A DNA stretch of 64,000 nucleotides, from contig OZ024749.1 of assembly GCA_964016885.1 (NCBI GenBank), positions 1,736,001-1,800,000 of the forward strand, read 5' to 3'. How positions within the stretch are numbered: position 1 is the stretch's first letter; the number at the start of each line of letters is the position of its first letter. The stretch comes from Eledone cirrhosa (taxonomy: Eukaryota). Of the stretch, positions 11,697-24,478 are shown piece by piece. The position numbers and the translations under genes are program-made. The notes under the pieces were generated by a model. The model was given only the letters and a program-made list of their open reading frames with translations. It ran no database searches and had not been told where the DNA came from.

Positions 11697-12057
11697 GTTG
11701 GCAGTTCCACTCATTCTCAGTGAAACATTAAGAGCAAACGGTAATTTCAGCTAAGATTAATTCTCTGCGAAATATTTCCTATCTCATTCTTCTTTCTAGA
11801 GTTATTTATTTTGATTTTAAATGTTGTGAAGTTTAGGTTCTTTCTACCATAAAATGTGTTGATTTTTAATAACTATTTCCCCGTTGTGAAGATGTAATTA
11901 TTTGAAAAAAAATTGTGGATTTCTATATTTTTATTTTTATCAACTTTACTGAAAGTGTCCTTAAAAAAACAGTTTGAGTGTCACTCAGTTGTTGACACAT
12001 ACACTACACACACATGTAGTCACACACTTATGACGAAACACACACACATACACATTG

Positions 12058-12095
<38 letters not shown>

Positions 12096-12324
12096 ATCCA
12101 CACATTCACACAAACTCTCACCTGTATGCACACACCTATGCTGTTAACACACACACACAACACACATATATAGCCATATGTATATACACATATATATTGT
12201 TGACAAATACACACACACATCCAAAATACACACACACACACACACACATACAGACAGACAGCGCTATGTTTATAGAGATATTGTTGTGAAAGCCAACTAT
12301 GTTTTCTCTCCATGTCTGCTGCAG

Positions 12325-12404
12325 GTGATGCTGTGCCAACAGGGGCCAACAATACCACAGGGACTTGGAGTTCCTACCTCCATCGATGGTCAGGCATCAT
12401 GTAA
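12325..12404 (+). CDS. GCC2: GCC2 terminal coding exon: (G)DAVPTGANNTTGTWSSYLHRWSGIM*
   Basis: ctgctgcag acceptor, phase 1 matches the previous exon, TAA at 12402-12404; WSSYLHRWSG resembles the GCC2 C-terminus WASYLHSWSG as I recall it; not in the ORF track in this frame. Confidence 0.93.
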
Positions 12405-12612
12405 ATATCCACCCTCACCTCACACCTCTCTCTGGCCAGCCAACCTTCTCTGTCTTACTAGCCACCCCCCCCCCCCCCTCCTCTACCCATCCGTCCACAT
12501 GTCTGTATGGCCGTCCATCCTCTCTATCCTCTCTCTCATCTCTGTTTTTCTTATGTTATTCACCCATTACACACACACACACGCACACATACACACACAT
12601 ACAACACACATA

Positions 12613-12643
<31 letters not shown>

Positions 12644-13142
12644 GCTCAGACATACACAGTCACATATGCACACACATACACACACACACGCACATACACA
12701 TACATGCTCACACACACATACACACATACACACACACGCACACATACACACACACAGACACACGTACACATACATACACACACATGCACACAGACACACA
12801 CACACACGCAGGCATACATAAACACACAAACACACACACTCACACACATCATCATCATTGATTTACACTTTTCCATGCTGGTTTGAGGCAATGTTTTACA
12901 GCCAGATGCCCTCATTTAAGTCTCCTCATACAACACACAAGAATATGGTGTTCCTATTCTAAAATCTGGGACACACACACACATATGTATATATCATCAT
13001 CATCACCATATAACGACTATTTTTCCACACTTGCACGGGTTGGACAGGTTGTCATGTTATGCGACAAGTCAGGTGACCCACGCTTGCTCATGCAGATCTG
13101 TATTCGTGCTTGATATATATATAATTAGTTACAACAGTGACA

Positions 13143-13283
13143 TAAACAGGTACCTAGGTTTCATTGGGCTCTTCACCCAACTCATTCAGCTTGTTATAAA
13201 AACATTTTTATTTTTATTTTTATTTTTATGACGGGTTGAATGAGTTGGGGACCAGAGCCGAATGAAACCTAGGTACCTGTTTA
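13143..13283. repeat. Fold-back inverted repeat (arms about 60 bp) with degenerate hammerhead halves
   Basis: taaacaggtacctaggtttcatt ... aatgaaacctaggtacctgttta; GAAA CCTAGG TA. Confidence 0.8.
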
Positions 13284-13554
13284 CACCTAACTCGTTCTAT
13301 GGACTGAGTGCTCTTACCCTTGGATGTTTCTACCAAACTTTTACTACAGTATATATAAACGAAACGGCCGTCTGGAAGGAAAGAGATATTTATTTAATAA
13401 TGTTTCATATAAAATAATACAACCAACTATCCACGAAATACTGAATAGTTAGCAGCCCAAACACTAAATTGGGATAATACTTAAGTATATCCTAATGTTT
13501 GTTGAGTGAGATGGAGTTGGTCGGAGTATCGCTTAAGGCTTTCTCTGTTTATGT

Positions 13555-13602
<48 letters not shown>

Positions 13603-13895
13603 AGAATCAGTTCTCGTCCCACCCTTGCAAGCAGGGAAAAGTGGACATAAAATGAAATGATGATGATGATGATATTAGCTTGACTTGTTTTTTGGCTTAG
13701 GTGGTTTATGGCTTCTTGACCGCCTTCTCAGGCCTTTATAACCTATGTTTATTGCTCTGGTCTCTTTAGCCCATTGCCAGCATGACTCGGAATTTGCGTT
13801 ACGTTTCGCTTTTTCTACCCACTGAAATGCGATTCTCGCTGAATTTATATATATATATATTTATATATTTATATATATATATATATTTATATATT

Positions 13896-13960
<65 letters not shown>

Positions 13961-14035
13961 AAATATATATATTTATATATATATATAAATATATATATTT
14001 ATATATATATTTATTTATATATATATTTATATATT

Positions 14036-14072
<37 letters not shown>

Positions 14073-14234
14073 ATAAATATATATATTTATATATATATTT
14101 ATTTATATATATATTTATATATTTATATATATATTTATTTATATATATATTTATATATATATTTATATATATATATATTTATATAAAATAATAATAACAA
14201 CAATAATAATGAGCAACATCATTATATTCACCTG

Positions 14235-14524
14235 TGACGAGCATTTCAATATGGAACGGCTGAAGGTAGAGTTGGATTCCTGGGAATACACCTGATGAGC
14301 CATCAATTCCAGTGTTGACTGTCATCAATATCAATTCTACCTTGAGCTGTTCAATCATGAAATATCGAGGGAGTCTAAGGGGAAGTTACTGTAGGTTCAT
14401 CCAGGTGAGGCCCAACGAGCTTTTGATTCCAGAGTCAGGCTAGATCAATATAGATCGAACCTTTAGCTGATCAATAGCTTGTGTCTCACTCAATAAACAT
14501 AAGGAAGACAAATCATCCTTGTAT

Positions 14525-14530
<6 letters not shown>
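14235..14530 (+). mobile_element. PLE-like pLTR remnant with two tandem decayed hammerhead-like units and an inverted piece; related copy at 41391-41510
   Basis: CTGATGA at 14292 and CCAACGA at 14412; stem gcttttgat/atcaatagc; the 41391 copy continues GAAA cgcac atc ... aataaa. Confidence 0.55.
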
Positions 14531-14569
<39 letters not shown>

Positions 14570-14618
14570 TGTGGAAAACAGACGTTAAACAATGATGATG
14601 ATGATGATGATGATGATA

Positions 14619-14652
<34 letters not shown>

Positions 14653-15654
14653 GAGAGAGAGATTATAGATCGATAGATATATCATTGAAATATGTCATAT
14701 ATTGTATCATAATGCATACATTTACATACACACACAGGCATACATACACATACATACACACATAGGCACACATGCACATACATACATTCACACAGAGGCA
14801 TACACATACATACACACAGGCATACATACACTCACACATAGGCATACATACACTCATACAGAGGCATACACATACATACACACAGGTATACATACACATA
14901 CATACACACACAGGCACACATACACATACATACATTCACACAGAGGCATACGCATACATACACACAGGCATACATACACTCACACAGAGGTATACACATA
15001 CATACACACAGGCATACATACACAAGCACACACATACTCACACAGAGGCATACACATACATACACTCACACAGAGGCATACACATACATACACACAGGCA
15101 TACATACACATATATACACTCACACAGAGGCATACACACACATACACAAACTGTAAATACCAGCCAATGGGAATTACTATTTGGAAGACAGAAGACATTG
15201 GTGACTCAATCAATGGTTATTTATCATATTTTATTATCATCATCATCATAATCTTCACCATCATTATCATTATTATTGTTATTTCATTCTTCCTGGGGTC
15301 GATGAAATGAAGTAGCAGTCATGAACTGGGGATCTATGTAACTGACTTCTATTTCAACCCCAAATTACTGGTTTTCTTCCTCCATTGAAACCCATTGTCC
15401 TAATACTGTAATATATATTTTGGTTTGTTTTTATGGGATATGCAAAAACAAAATAAATCAGCAACAAAAACAGCCAAACAAATTATTAGGGAGCATTTCA
15501 AAGCACTAAAGGTAACCCCACCCCCTCCTCTCAGCCAAATAACCTTCCTTATGACTCCTACATTTGGTTATTTTCATTTTATTTACATCTCTCGTATTCC
15601 TGTTGGGAGAATTTGTAAATTTGATTGGTACCAGTCTTTTGGAAAAAACCTGGA

Positions 15655-16287
15655 AATATTACTGGTACACACCCTGGATGATGTGTAAATATTACTGGTA
15701 CACACCCTGGCTAATGTGTAAATATTACTGGTACACACCCTGGCTGATGTGTAAATATTACTGGTACACACCCTGGATGATGTGTAAATATTACTGGTAC
15801 ACACCCTGGCTGATGTGTAAATATTACTGGTACACACCCTGGATGATGTGTAAATATTACTGGTACACACCCTGGATGATGAGTAAATATTACTGGTACA
15901 CACCCTGGATGATGTGTAAATATTACTGGTACACACCCTGGATGATCTGTAAATATTACTGGTACACACCTTGGCTGATGTGTAAATATTACTGGTACAC
16001 ACCCTGGGTGATGTGTAAATATTACTGGTACACACCCTGGATGATGTGTAAATATTACTGGTACACACCCTGGATGATGTGTAAATATTACTGGTACACA
16101 CCTTGGCTGATGTGTAAATATTACTGGTACACACCCTGGATGATGTGTAAATATTACTGGTACACACCTTGGTTGATGTGTAAATATTACTGGTACACAC
16201 CTTGTCTGATGTGTAAATATTACTGGTACACACCTTGTCTGATGTGTAAATATTACTGGTACACACCTTGGCTGATGTGTAAATATT
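15655..16287. repeat. 33-bp minisatellite (aaatattactggtacacaccctggatgatgtgt)
   Basis: About 19 tandem copies. Confidence 0.95.
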
Positions 16288-16350
16288 AAACTAACCCCTG
16301 CCCCACTTCATATTAATAAAATGTCAGGCTTAATATGACCTTTTGGAAGG

Positions 16351-17760
16351 ACCACAGCATGGGTACATGTACCACTATTGCTGTGGTACTGTTGTAAATG
16401 TGTGCTACCACATCACGGGTACATGTACCCCTATTGCTGTGGTACTGTTGTAAATGTGTGCTACCACAGCATGGGTACATGTACCACTATTGCTGTGGTA
16501 CTGTTGTCAATGTGTGCTACCACATCACGGGTACATGTACCCCCATTGCTGTGGTACTGTTGTCAATGTGTGCTACCACAGCATGGGTACATGTACCTCT
16601 ATTGCTGTGGTACTGTTGTCAATGTGTGCTACCACAGCACGGGTACATGTACCTCTATTGCTGTGGTACTGTTGTCAATGTGTGCTACCACAGCATAGGT
16701 ACATGTACCTCTATTGCTGTGGTACTGTTGTCAATGTGTGCTACCACAGCATGGGTACATGTACCACTATTGCTGTGGTACTGTTGTCAATGTGTGCTAC
16801 CACAGCATGGGTACATGTACCACTATTGCTGTGGTACTGTTGTAAATGTGTGCTACCACAGCATAGGTACATGTACCACTATTGCTGTGGTACTGTTGTC
16901 AATGTGTGCTACCACAGCACGGGTACATGTACCCCTATTGCTGTGGTACTGTTGTCAATGTGTGCTACCACAGCATGGGTACATGTACCCCTATTGCCTT
17001 GGTACTGTTGTAAATGTGTGCTACCACATCACGGGTACATGTACCCCTATTGCCTTGGTACTGTTGTTAATGTGTGCTACCACAGCACGGGTACATGTAC
17101 CTCTATTGCTGTGGTACTGTTGTCAATGTGTGCTACCACAGCACGGGTACATGTACCCCTATTGCTGTGGTACTGTTGTCAATGTGTTCTACCACAGCAT
17201 GGGTACATGTACCCCTATTGCTGTGGTACTGTTGTTAATGTGTGCTACCACAGCACGGGTACATGTACCTCTATTGCTGTGGTACTGTTGTCAATGTGTG
17301 CTACCACAGCACGGGTACATGTACCCCTATTGCCTTGGTACTGTTGTAAATGTGTGCTACCACATCACGGGTACATGTACCCCTATTGCTGTGGTACTGT
17401 TGTCAATGTGTGCTACCACAGCACGGGTACATGTACCCCTATTGCTGTGGTACTGTTGTCAATGTGTTCTACCACAGCATGGGTACATGTACCCCTATTG
17501 CTGTGGTACTGTTGTTAATGTGTGCTACCACAGCACGGGTACATGTACCTCTATTGCTGTGGTACTGTTGTCAATGTGTGCTACCACAGCACGGGTACAT
17601 GTACCCCTATTGCCTTGGTACTGTTGTCAATGTGTGCTACCACATCACGGGTACATGTACCCCTATTGCTGTGGTACTGTTGTAAATGTGTGCTACCACA
17701 GCACGGGTACATGTACCCCTATTGCTGTGGTACTGTTGTCAATGTGTGCTACCACAGCAT
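16351..17760. repeat. 56-bp minisatellite with a hairpin-forming unit
   Basis: About 25 copies of ccacagcacgggtacatgtacccctattgctgtggtactgttgtcaatgtgtgcta. Confidence 0.97.
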
Positions 17761-17912
17761 AGATGACCATTTTGGAGGTACCAGGAGACATTATGCTGAT
17801 GATGATATGGAATTATTATTTTCTCTCTGGATTCTAATAAATATTTTTTGACATAGTATTTGTTGTTATTTTTCTTATATATTTTTATATTTACAACACA
17901 CGCACAGAGAGA

Positions 17913-17954
<42 letters not shown>

Positions 17955-17968
17955 GAGAGAAACACATC

Positions 17969-18019
17969 TACACGTTGATTGATTTTCGAACGTAGTTGCG
18001 TTCTTCATCAGAAGGTATA
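17969..18019 (-). ncRNA. Type-I hammerhead-like motif with decayed stem III
   Basis: Minus strand: tatacctt CTGATGA a gaacg caacta cgttc GAA AATCAAT C aacgtgta. Stem II gaacg/cgttc, stem I 7 of 8 paired. Confidence 0.55.
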
Positions 18020-18859
18020 TATAATCTAAAGCAAAGGTTCTCAACTTCAGGGGGCATTTGAAGCTTTCGGGGGCGCTAAGCTATTTACTTAGGTAAGTTT
18101 TATAAGTCATATTTGTACGTCTCTGAGACAACCAGTGTGAATGCATTTGACTGAAGAAAACGAAGAAAATAAATAAAAGAAGCTTGTCCTACGAATTCCC
18201 TAGGGAGATAAAAGAAAAACGAAAGAAATCAAAGAAAATGAAAATAAGGACAACTTCAACTTTTACAACAGTTACAAGAACAACAAACGACAAGAAAAAG
18301 AAGCAATGGTTATGAAATCATACACACACATGCATACATACATACATACACATATATACACGCACACAGGCCATCGTTGGTGTTTGATGAGGTTGGAAAC
18401 CTGGTCAGCTTTCAGCCAGAGCTGTGGTATTTAATCTTCCTAGGTAATAAAATCTGGAGACAAAATTCTCTCCTTACCAAAAAAAAAAAAAACCATAAAT
18501 CAAGTCAACGTCCTTACACACTTAAATATAAATGCATGTATATATACAAATGTATAAATGCATAGCTATATACATAGGTAAATGTATGTATGTAGATTTA
18601 TATATATATATATTATACACATACAGACACATATATATATTTTCTTTTTTCAGTCTGGTCTATCTCTGGTGGTAGGGTCTGTACCGTAGATAGGACTCAA
18701 TGTAATCTTGTAAAATCCATAGAGATGTTCTGAGTTTCGCTGAATTAATTCTTTAGATACAGAGTCAGGTATTAAATTAACAATAAAAATAAAAACAAAA
18801 TTATAAAGTAACTTGACTTTGTTCTTTTTATTTTCAATGTTAACTTGATAACACACGCA

Positions 18860-19085
18860 CGCACGCGCAGTGTGACAAGAAGCTTGCTTCCCAACCACAT
18901 ATTTCCGGGTTCAGTGCCACTGCCCGGGCCGACCAAAGTCCTGTGAGTGGATTTGATAGACCAAAACTAAAAGAAGCCCGTCGTATATATGTCTGTGTGT
19001 GTCTTAGCGTTTGTTTGCCCTCCCACCAATGCTTGTTGGTTTGTTGACGTCCCCATAACTTACCAAGGTGATGCTCCAGCATGGC
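18860..19085 (+). mobile_element. Decayed tRNA-derived SINE (family S3)
   Basis: aagaagcttgcttcccaaccac...ccgggttcagtgccactgc head; ccgaccaaagtcctgtgagtggatttg body. Confidence 0.6.
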
Positions 19086-19088
19086 GTC

Positions 19089-19213
19089 CGACCCCATAAG
19101 GATGAAAGGCAAAGTTAACCTCGGCGGGATTTGAACTCAGAATGGCAAGGGCCGTAACTCTATGCGTCAAAGCATGGTGTCCGACCCTCTACCGATACTG
19201 CCAATCCACCGCC
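19089..19213 (-). mobile_element. SINE S1, 5' two-thirds
   Basis: Reverse complement of 19741-19865. Confidence 0.88.
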
Positions 19214-19740
19214 AGGGGGGGAAAGAATAATGCTTGACCGTTTATTTTCAAATCTTAAGTTAATTGAAAATAGTCAATTAATCAAATGACCTATGATTTT
19301 AGACTATAACATTTTAAAGGATTTATATTATTGTAATATCTGAGTTCAAGCAAATGTAACGTGAAAGAGATAAATTTATGTCCATAATAACTCCAAATGT
19401 ATTCACAAGTATATTTAAAAGTATATCAAAATCAAGAATATAATCAATATATTAGTAAAAAACCTTATATTAGTAAAAAATTGTTGAGTGCTTATAATCT
19501 ATTGTGAAATTTTATTCATTGATGAATTCATTGAACCTTGTTAAACTTTTAATTATATATATATATATATATATAGGCTTGTGTGGGTATGTCTGCGTGT
19601 ATATATATGTATATGTGTATGTATATATATACATTTATTTATATATATATAAATATGTGTGTTTGTATATGTGTATATATATATACATATCGTGTGAATG
19701 TGTTTGTTTTTATACGTTGTTCGTATTTATATTTTATTAG

Positions 19741-19930
19741 GGCGGTGGATTGGCAGTATCGGTAGAGGGTCGGACGCCATGCTTTGATGCATAGAGTTAC
19801 ACCCTTGCCATTCTGAGTTCAAATCCCGCCGAGGTTAACTTTGCCTTTCATCCTTACGGGGTCGATAAAATATAGTACCAGTAATACACTGGGTAATTAC
19901 TGGCCTTGTGCCAAAAGTAGAAACAATTAT
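19741..19930 (+). mobile_element. SINE S1, full length
   Basis: ggcggtggattggcagtatcgg...gagttcaaatcccgcc...agtagaaacaattat. Confidence 0.92.
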
Positions 19931-20735
19931 TTAATTATTCTCACCTTTCGTTGTCAACACGTCCCTTTATGGCTTTATTTTTATTTTTATTTTCTAATAT
20001 ATTCTTTGAATTTTTTTGATCTTATTTATTTATATCTGTCCCTGAACTACTTCCCAATTGTTTATACATATTAATAAATGTATATGTGTGTGTGTATATA
20101 TATATATATATACATACATATATATATACATACACATATATACACACACATATACACACACATATATATATGTGTGTGTGAGAGTGTATGTACAAGTCAA
20201 CCAACATAAACCTTTTATTTCTAAATTTTCTAAACTAAGTATTTGACTCTAACCATTATTTTTATTACCACCCCACATTAATTCCTCAATTTGTATGTGT
20301 GGATGTGTGTGTGTCTGTGGAGGTGGGTGTGAGTGTAGTGCAAGCCAACCTACATAAGTCTTTTTATTTGTAAATTTTCTACTCCAACCATAAATTTCAG
20401 TAGCACCACTCCACATGAATTCCTCAATTTAAGAATGACCTGTAGTATCTATTCATACTATTAACCTTAATTGAATATATATCTGACCAGGAATGCTTTT
20501 TGTGAAAATCAGTCATATGGAACTATTGTCAGCTTGCCTGACGGTTTGAACTTTACAACACCACCTGCCTCTTTGAGCTCAAATACCAACCCTACTAGCA
20601 TCTACAAACTGACCAATGAGAATTAAGACAATTCCTGCTGACAACATTAAATTATTCCTAACAAGCTCATATGTCCCAAGGCTCTGATACCATCAACACT
20701 ATAAACACAGAGCTGGCATATCTAAGAACTGACTA

Positions 20736-20791
20736 ACTGCCTGATGAGGTCATAGCCATTCAATGGCTATCATCAAAATATATATAGCAGT
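20736..20791 (+). ncRNA. Type-I hammerhead-like motif (G12 to A), downstream of a possible PLE endonuclease C-terminus
   Basis: actgc CTGATGA ggtc atagcca ttcaa tggctat catc AAAA TATATA TA gcagt, then aaataaa; upstream LPDGLN codons at about 20534-20551. Confidence 0.7.
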
Positions 20792-21047
20792 AAATAAAGG
20801 ATTATGAGTTCATGCAATTGACTTATGTTTCGTCACAATATATATATATTGGTAAAAGGAAAAGAAAATGCTGACAAATTGTTCCCAGTGAAAAATAGTT
20901 TAAGTAGGAATAAGTAAAAATTAGTAATAAGTATTGGTTAGTATTCAGTTTTGGTTTTAAGTTTTTACTGGTTGCGTATTTCTAATGCTTTTCAAAAATA
21001 ATTTTGAGATAGAGCACCCGTGATATTTGCTCTAATCTCACACATAT

Positions 21048-21081
<34 letters not shown>

Positions 21082-21324
21082 ATATATGTGTGTGGATATA
21101 TGTGTGTATGTATATATACATGCGTGAATGTATAGAGACTTTTGTGTATATGTGTGTGTATACATATTTATATATATGGGTGTGTACATATATGTGTATA
21201 TATATATATTAATAAAAGGAATTCCAACTTTGTCTGAATTACTCGTTTTATTTATAATCCTTTAAAATTTATTATGGTATTAGAATGAAATAGTATGGTA
21301 GAATATTCAATGTTAAGTGTTAAT

Positions 21325-21363
21325 TGAACAAGTACCTTCATGCTTTCGCAATCTTCAGGTTCA
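21325..21363 (-). ncRNA. Minimal type-I hammerhead-like motif
   Basis: Minus strand: tgaac CTGAAGA t tgc gaaa gca t GAA G GTAC T T gttca. Stem I 5 bp, GNRA-capped stem II, palindromic GTAC. Confidence 0.7.
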
Positions 21364-22038
21364 TATTCTGTTGTGACAGTCAAGTTTGCAAGGAAACTAT
21401 ATTTATAAAACCATATTTATTTTATTATATATATTTCAAGGGTACCATCAGATAAAATACAAGTTTGTTTTATAAATAGACATACCCATGAAAATCATAC
21501 CTTATCGGTTGTAAATTCACTGGATAGTGGAAATATATTAGGGATTATTCAAACTTATGTGTGAATATGCAAATGAATATGTAAATAATTGAAAAACAAC
21601 CGTTTATTTAAATGACACTGGACAAAGAGAGAGAGAAAAGATATAAGGGGATAAAGATAAAAAATAGTGCGAGAGAGAGAAGAAAGAAGAAATAGACAAG
21701 AGAGGATGAATAAAACTCATATAACGTTAATTTGAGGGAAATATATTCTAAGTATATATCTTAATAGTACGTGTATTTACGATTATTAGTTGTTTAAAGT
21801 TTCTTTCTAATATAATATTTTCTGTTATAAGTAGATAAATAAATAAATAAATAAATAGATGGGTATATCATGTTATAGATAATTGTTTTAATGAGTTATG
21901 AGGGATATTGGTTTTGTATTTAATGTAAGTAAATATATATATATATATATAGGTAAGTTATTCCGGGTTGAATCGAAGGTAACCACAGTAAGTAAGGTAC
22001 TCAATACATAGCAGAGTATAAAAGTTTTAATATAGAAG

Positions 22039-22089
22039 AGATTCTACAGGACTAGAACTGTTTCATTTGTGAGAAATCATCAGGGAGCT
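22039..22089 (-). ncRNA. Hammerhead-like motif, family H1, copy 2 (element about 21951-22115)
   Basis: agctcc CTGATGA tttctcacaaat GAA ACAG ttctagtc CTGT A gaatct; flank homologous to 955-1130. Confidence 0.68.
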
Positions 22090-22309
22090 GGCTGTCCAAG
22101 TAAGTAGTGGTATTTATATATAAGTATGTATGTGTGTGTATATGTATGAATATATATATATATATATATATATACGTATGTATGTCTGTGTATATATATA
22201 TATATGTAGTTTATTATATGAACAGAAAACAGAGGGGCAGTACAAATGATATGGTTTTTAGTTTCACACACTATATATATATGTGTGTATTTATATATGT
22301 GTGTGTATG

Positions 22310-22341
<32 letters not shown>

Positions 22342-22452
22342 GGTGCGCCCGGCCGACTAACTCACTCGATATGCAAATTAGGCTGCTCAGCCGTTAATAT
22401 GCATAAGGAAAGTATATACTTTCAGACGTTCAACCATCTGACAGAAAGGTAT

Positions 22453-22495
22453 ACGATGCTGACGATAGCTAATAAGCTTGAAACTAGTACATCGT
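22453..22495 (+). ncRNA. Minimal type-I hammerhead ribozyme with intact core
   Basis: acgatg CTGACGA t agct aata agct t GAA A CTAG T A catcgt. Perfect 6-bp stem I, palindromic CTAG, predicted GUA cleavage after 22489. Confidence 0.88.
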
Positions 22496-22772
22496 TCCTT
22501 TGTCAGTGTTGTACAAAAAGGTGATGATGTTGCCTGAACACTGTACGGCGTAATTCGGGCTGTTTGTTTACAAACAAACCGAGCATTATATTAAATGTTC
22601 GGTAAACCCATACGTACATATATATATATATGTGTGTGCATGTATGTATATATATACATACTACTGTACGTCTGTATACATATATGTATGTACGTATACA
22701 TACATACATACATTTAAGTACCAGCCGTACTAAGAGTGATAAATGAAATTTCGTTTCATTCTTTTCCATTTA

Positions 22773-22821
<49 letters not shown>

Positions 22822-22848
22822 ATATATATATATATGTATATGTATACA

Positions 22849-23606
22849 TATCCTCAGTGTATACCGATTACTGTTCAGAGCCATCCTCAGCATTCTCGTG
22901 TAGCACCTATCCACCATCTGAGTAAGTTTCTTGGTCAGTGTCCAAGTTTCAGACCCGTACAGCAGCACAGACTCCACTACAGCAATGAAGAGGCGGATTT
23001 TCAGGTCTTTACGAAGGTCCGACTTCCACACCGATCTCAAGCTGTGGCACGCCGCCCAGGCTTTGCTCTTTCTCTCAACCACATCATCTTCCGTATTCCC
23101 AATCTTTTCTCCCAAATACAGGAAGTCCTCAACCAATTCTAGCGGCTTCCCGCCTACATTAGTGATCCCCTCTGGCTTCTCAACATTCTCTACCAGATAT
23201 TTCGTTTTAGTCTCATTCATTCTCAGCCCCATACTCATCGACACAGTCACAACCTCCTGCATCAAATCTTCTGCCTCCTTCACTGTATTTGTCACCAAAA
23301 CGGCAAATTCGGGCTCTGAGCCGGTGTTACAGTAAAGCCAGAGTCCTGGTGTTTCTTCAGCGCAAGACACATACAATAGTCCACTACGATGATAAAAAGA
23401 TAGGGAGCCAACGTATCTCCCTGGAGTACTCCAGCCAGTATCTCAAAGAACTTTGCCAGCCTATCAGGTGTAATGACTTGGGCTTTGGTGTTGGTATAGA
23501 GCAGTAATATCAGGTCCACTATCTTCTTGGGGATTCCATAAGCCTGTAAGACCTTCATCAAGCAGTGACGGTCCACAGAATCAAAGGCCTTCCTAAAGTC
23601 AATGAA
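22849..23606 (-). mobile_element. RTE/RTEX-like LINE, inverted 5' (RT) segment
   Basis: FIDFRKAFDSVDR, GVLQGDTLAPYLFIIVVDY, DFLYLG, ESVLLYGSETWTLT, YTRMLRMALN; the (Y/F)ADD region appears deleted. Confidence 0.9.
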
Positions 23607-23897
23607 AACTCAGAGCTGTATGGCAGCCTCCCAAAAAGTCAGCTCAAAAGTGACACAGAGGAGACTGAGGTTAGCTGAACATGCTCACTGACATCCAGAT
23701 TTGACATTGCACTCAGTGATCCCGTGGGAGCCCCTACATAGACACACTGGAAGAGGAATACCAAGGTTAACGTATGTTGATGCCCTAAGGACAGACACTG
23801 GTCTGTTGGAGACGCAGGACATGGTAGCGATAATGAGGGACAGAGACCGGTGGAGAGAACTCGTCCATGGATCTCGGGAATTTTACCCGCCCTAGAG
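23602..23897 (+). mobile_element. Same LINE, 3' end in + orientation
   Basis: NSELYGSLPK..QRRLRLAEH..WEP..GRGIPRLTYVDALRTDTG..MRDRDRWRELV* continues the protein from the minus-strand segment. Confidence 0.85.
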
Positions 23898-24372
23898 AAT
23901 GTATACATAAAAGTATACATGTATATATATATGTATATATATATATATATGTGTGTGTGTATGTATATATATGTGCGTGCGTGTGTATATATGTATGTGT
24001 GTATGCATGAGAGCGTGTGTGTGTGTGTATATATATATGTGTGTGTGCGTATGTATGTGTATATATATGTGTATATATTTGTATATGTGTATGTATGTTT
24101 GTTGTGTATGTGTGTGTAAGTGGGCGAGTGTGTGAATGTTCTTGTCGACACCTAGAATATATATTAAGAGAAACTTCACAATAAAGGGGTTCACCCCCAA
24201 CACTTGAATCTGTTGATGGAACCCTTTCTACCTTTGTTATAGCTTTAAAGAATTAGCTTTTAATGAACTCCCTTTTCTTTAAATCCATCAACCAATGACC
24301 TCCACCCATCCCAATCCCCACCCTCTCCTACCACCACAAAAGATATAAATGCGACTACTTTCTTGGATAGCA

Positions 24373-24423
24373 AGCTGTCTGATGATTTCTCACGAATGAA
24401 ATAGTTCTAGTCCTGTATAAGCT
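24373..24423 (+). ncRNA. Hammerhead-like motif, family H1, copy 3, abutting (TA)n
   Basis: agctgt CTGATGA tttctcacgaat GAA ATAG ttctagtc CTGT A taagct. Confidence 0.65.

Positions 24424-24475
<52 letters not shown>

Positions 24476-24478
<3 letters not shown>

Noticed and set aside
9170-17760. CRISPR-like arrays
   Set aside because: Units are directly tandem with no unique spacers, there are no cas genes, and the context is eukaryotic
15564-17851. Long Cys/Tyr/Trp-rich repetitive ORFs (KYYWYTPWMMC, MCATTARVHVP...)
   Set aside because: Translations of 33-bp and 56-bp minisatellites, open in several frames or strands; the 56-bp unit is not a multiple of 3
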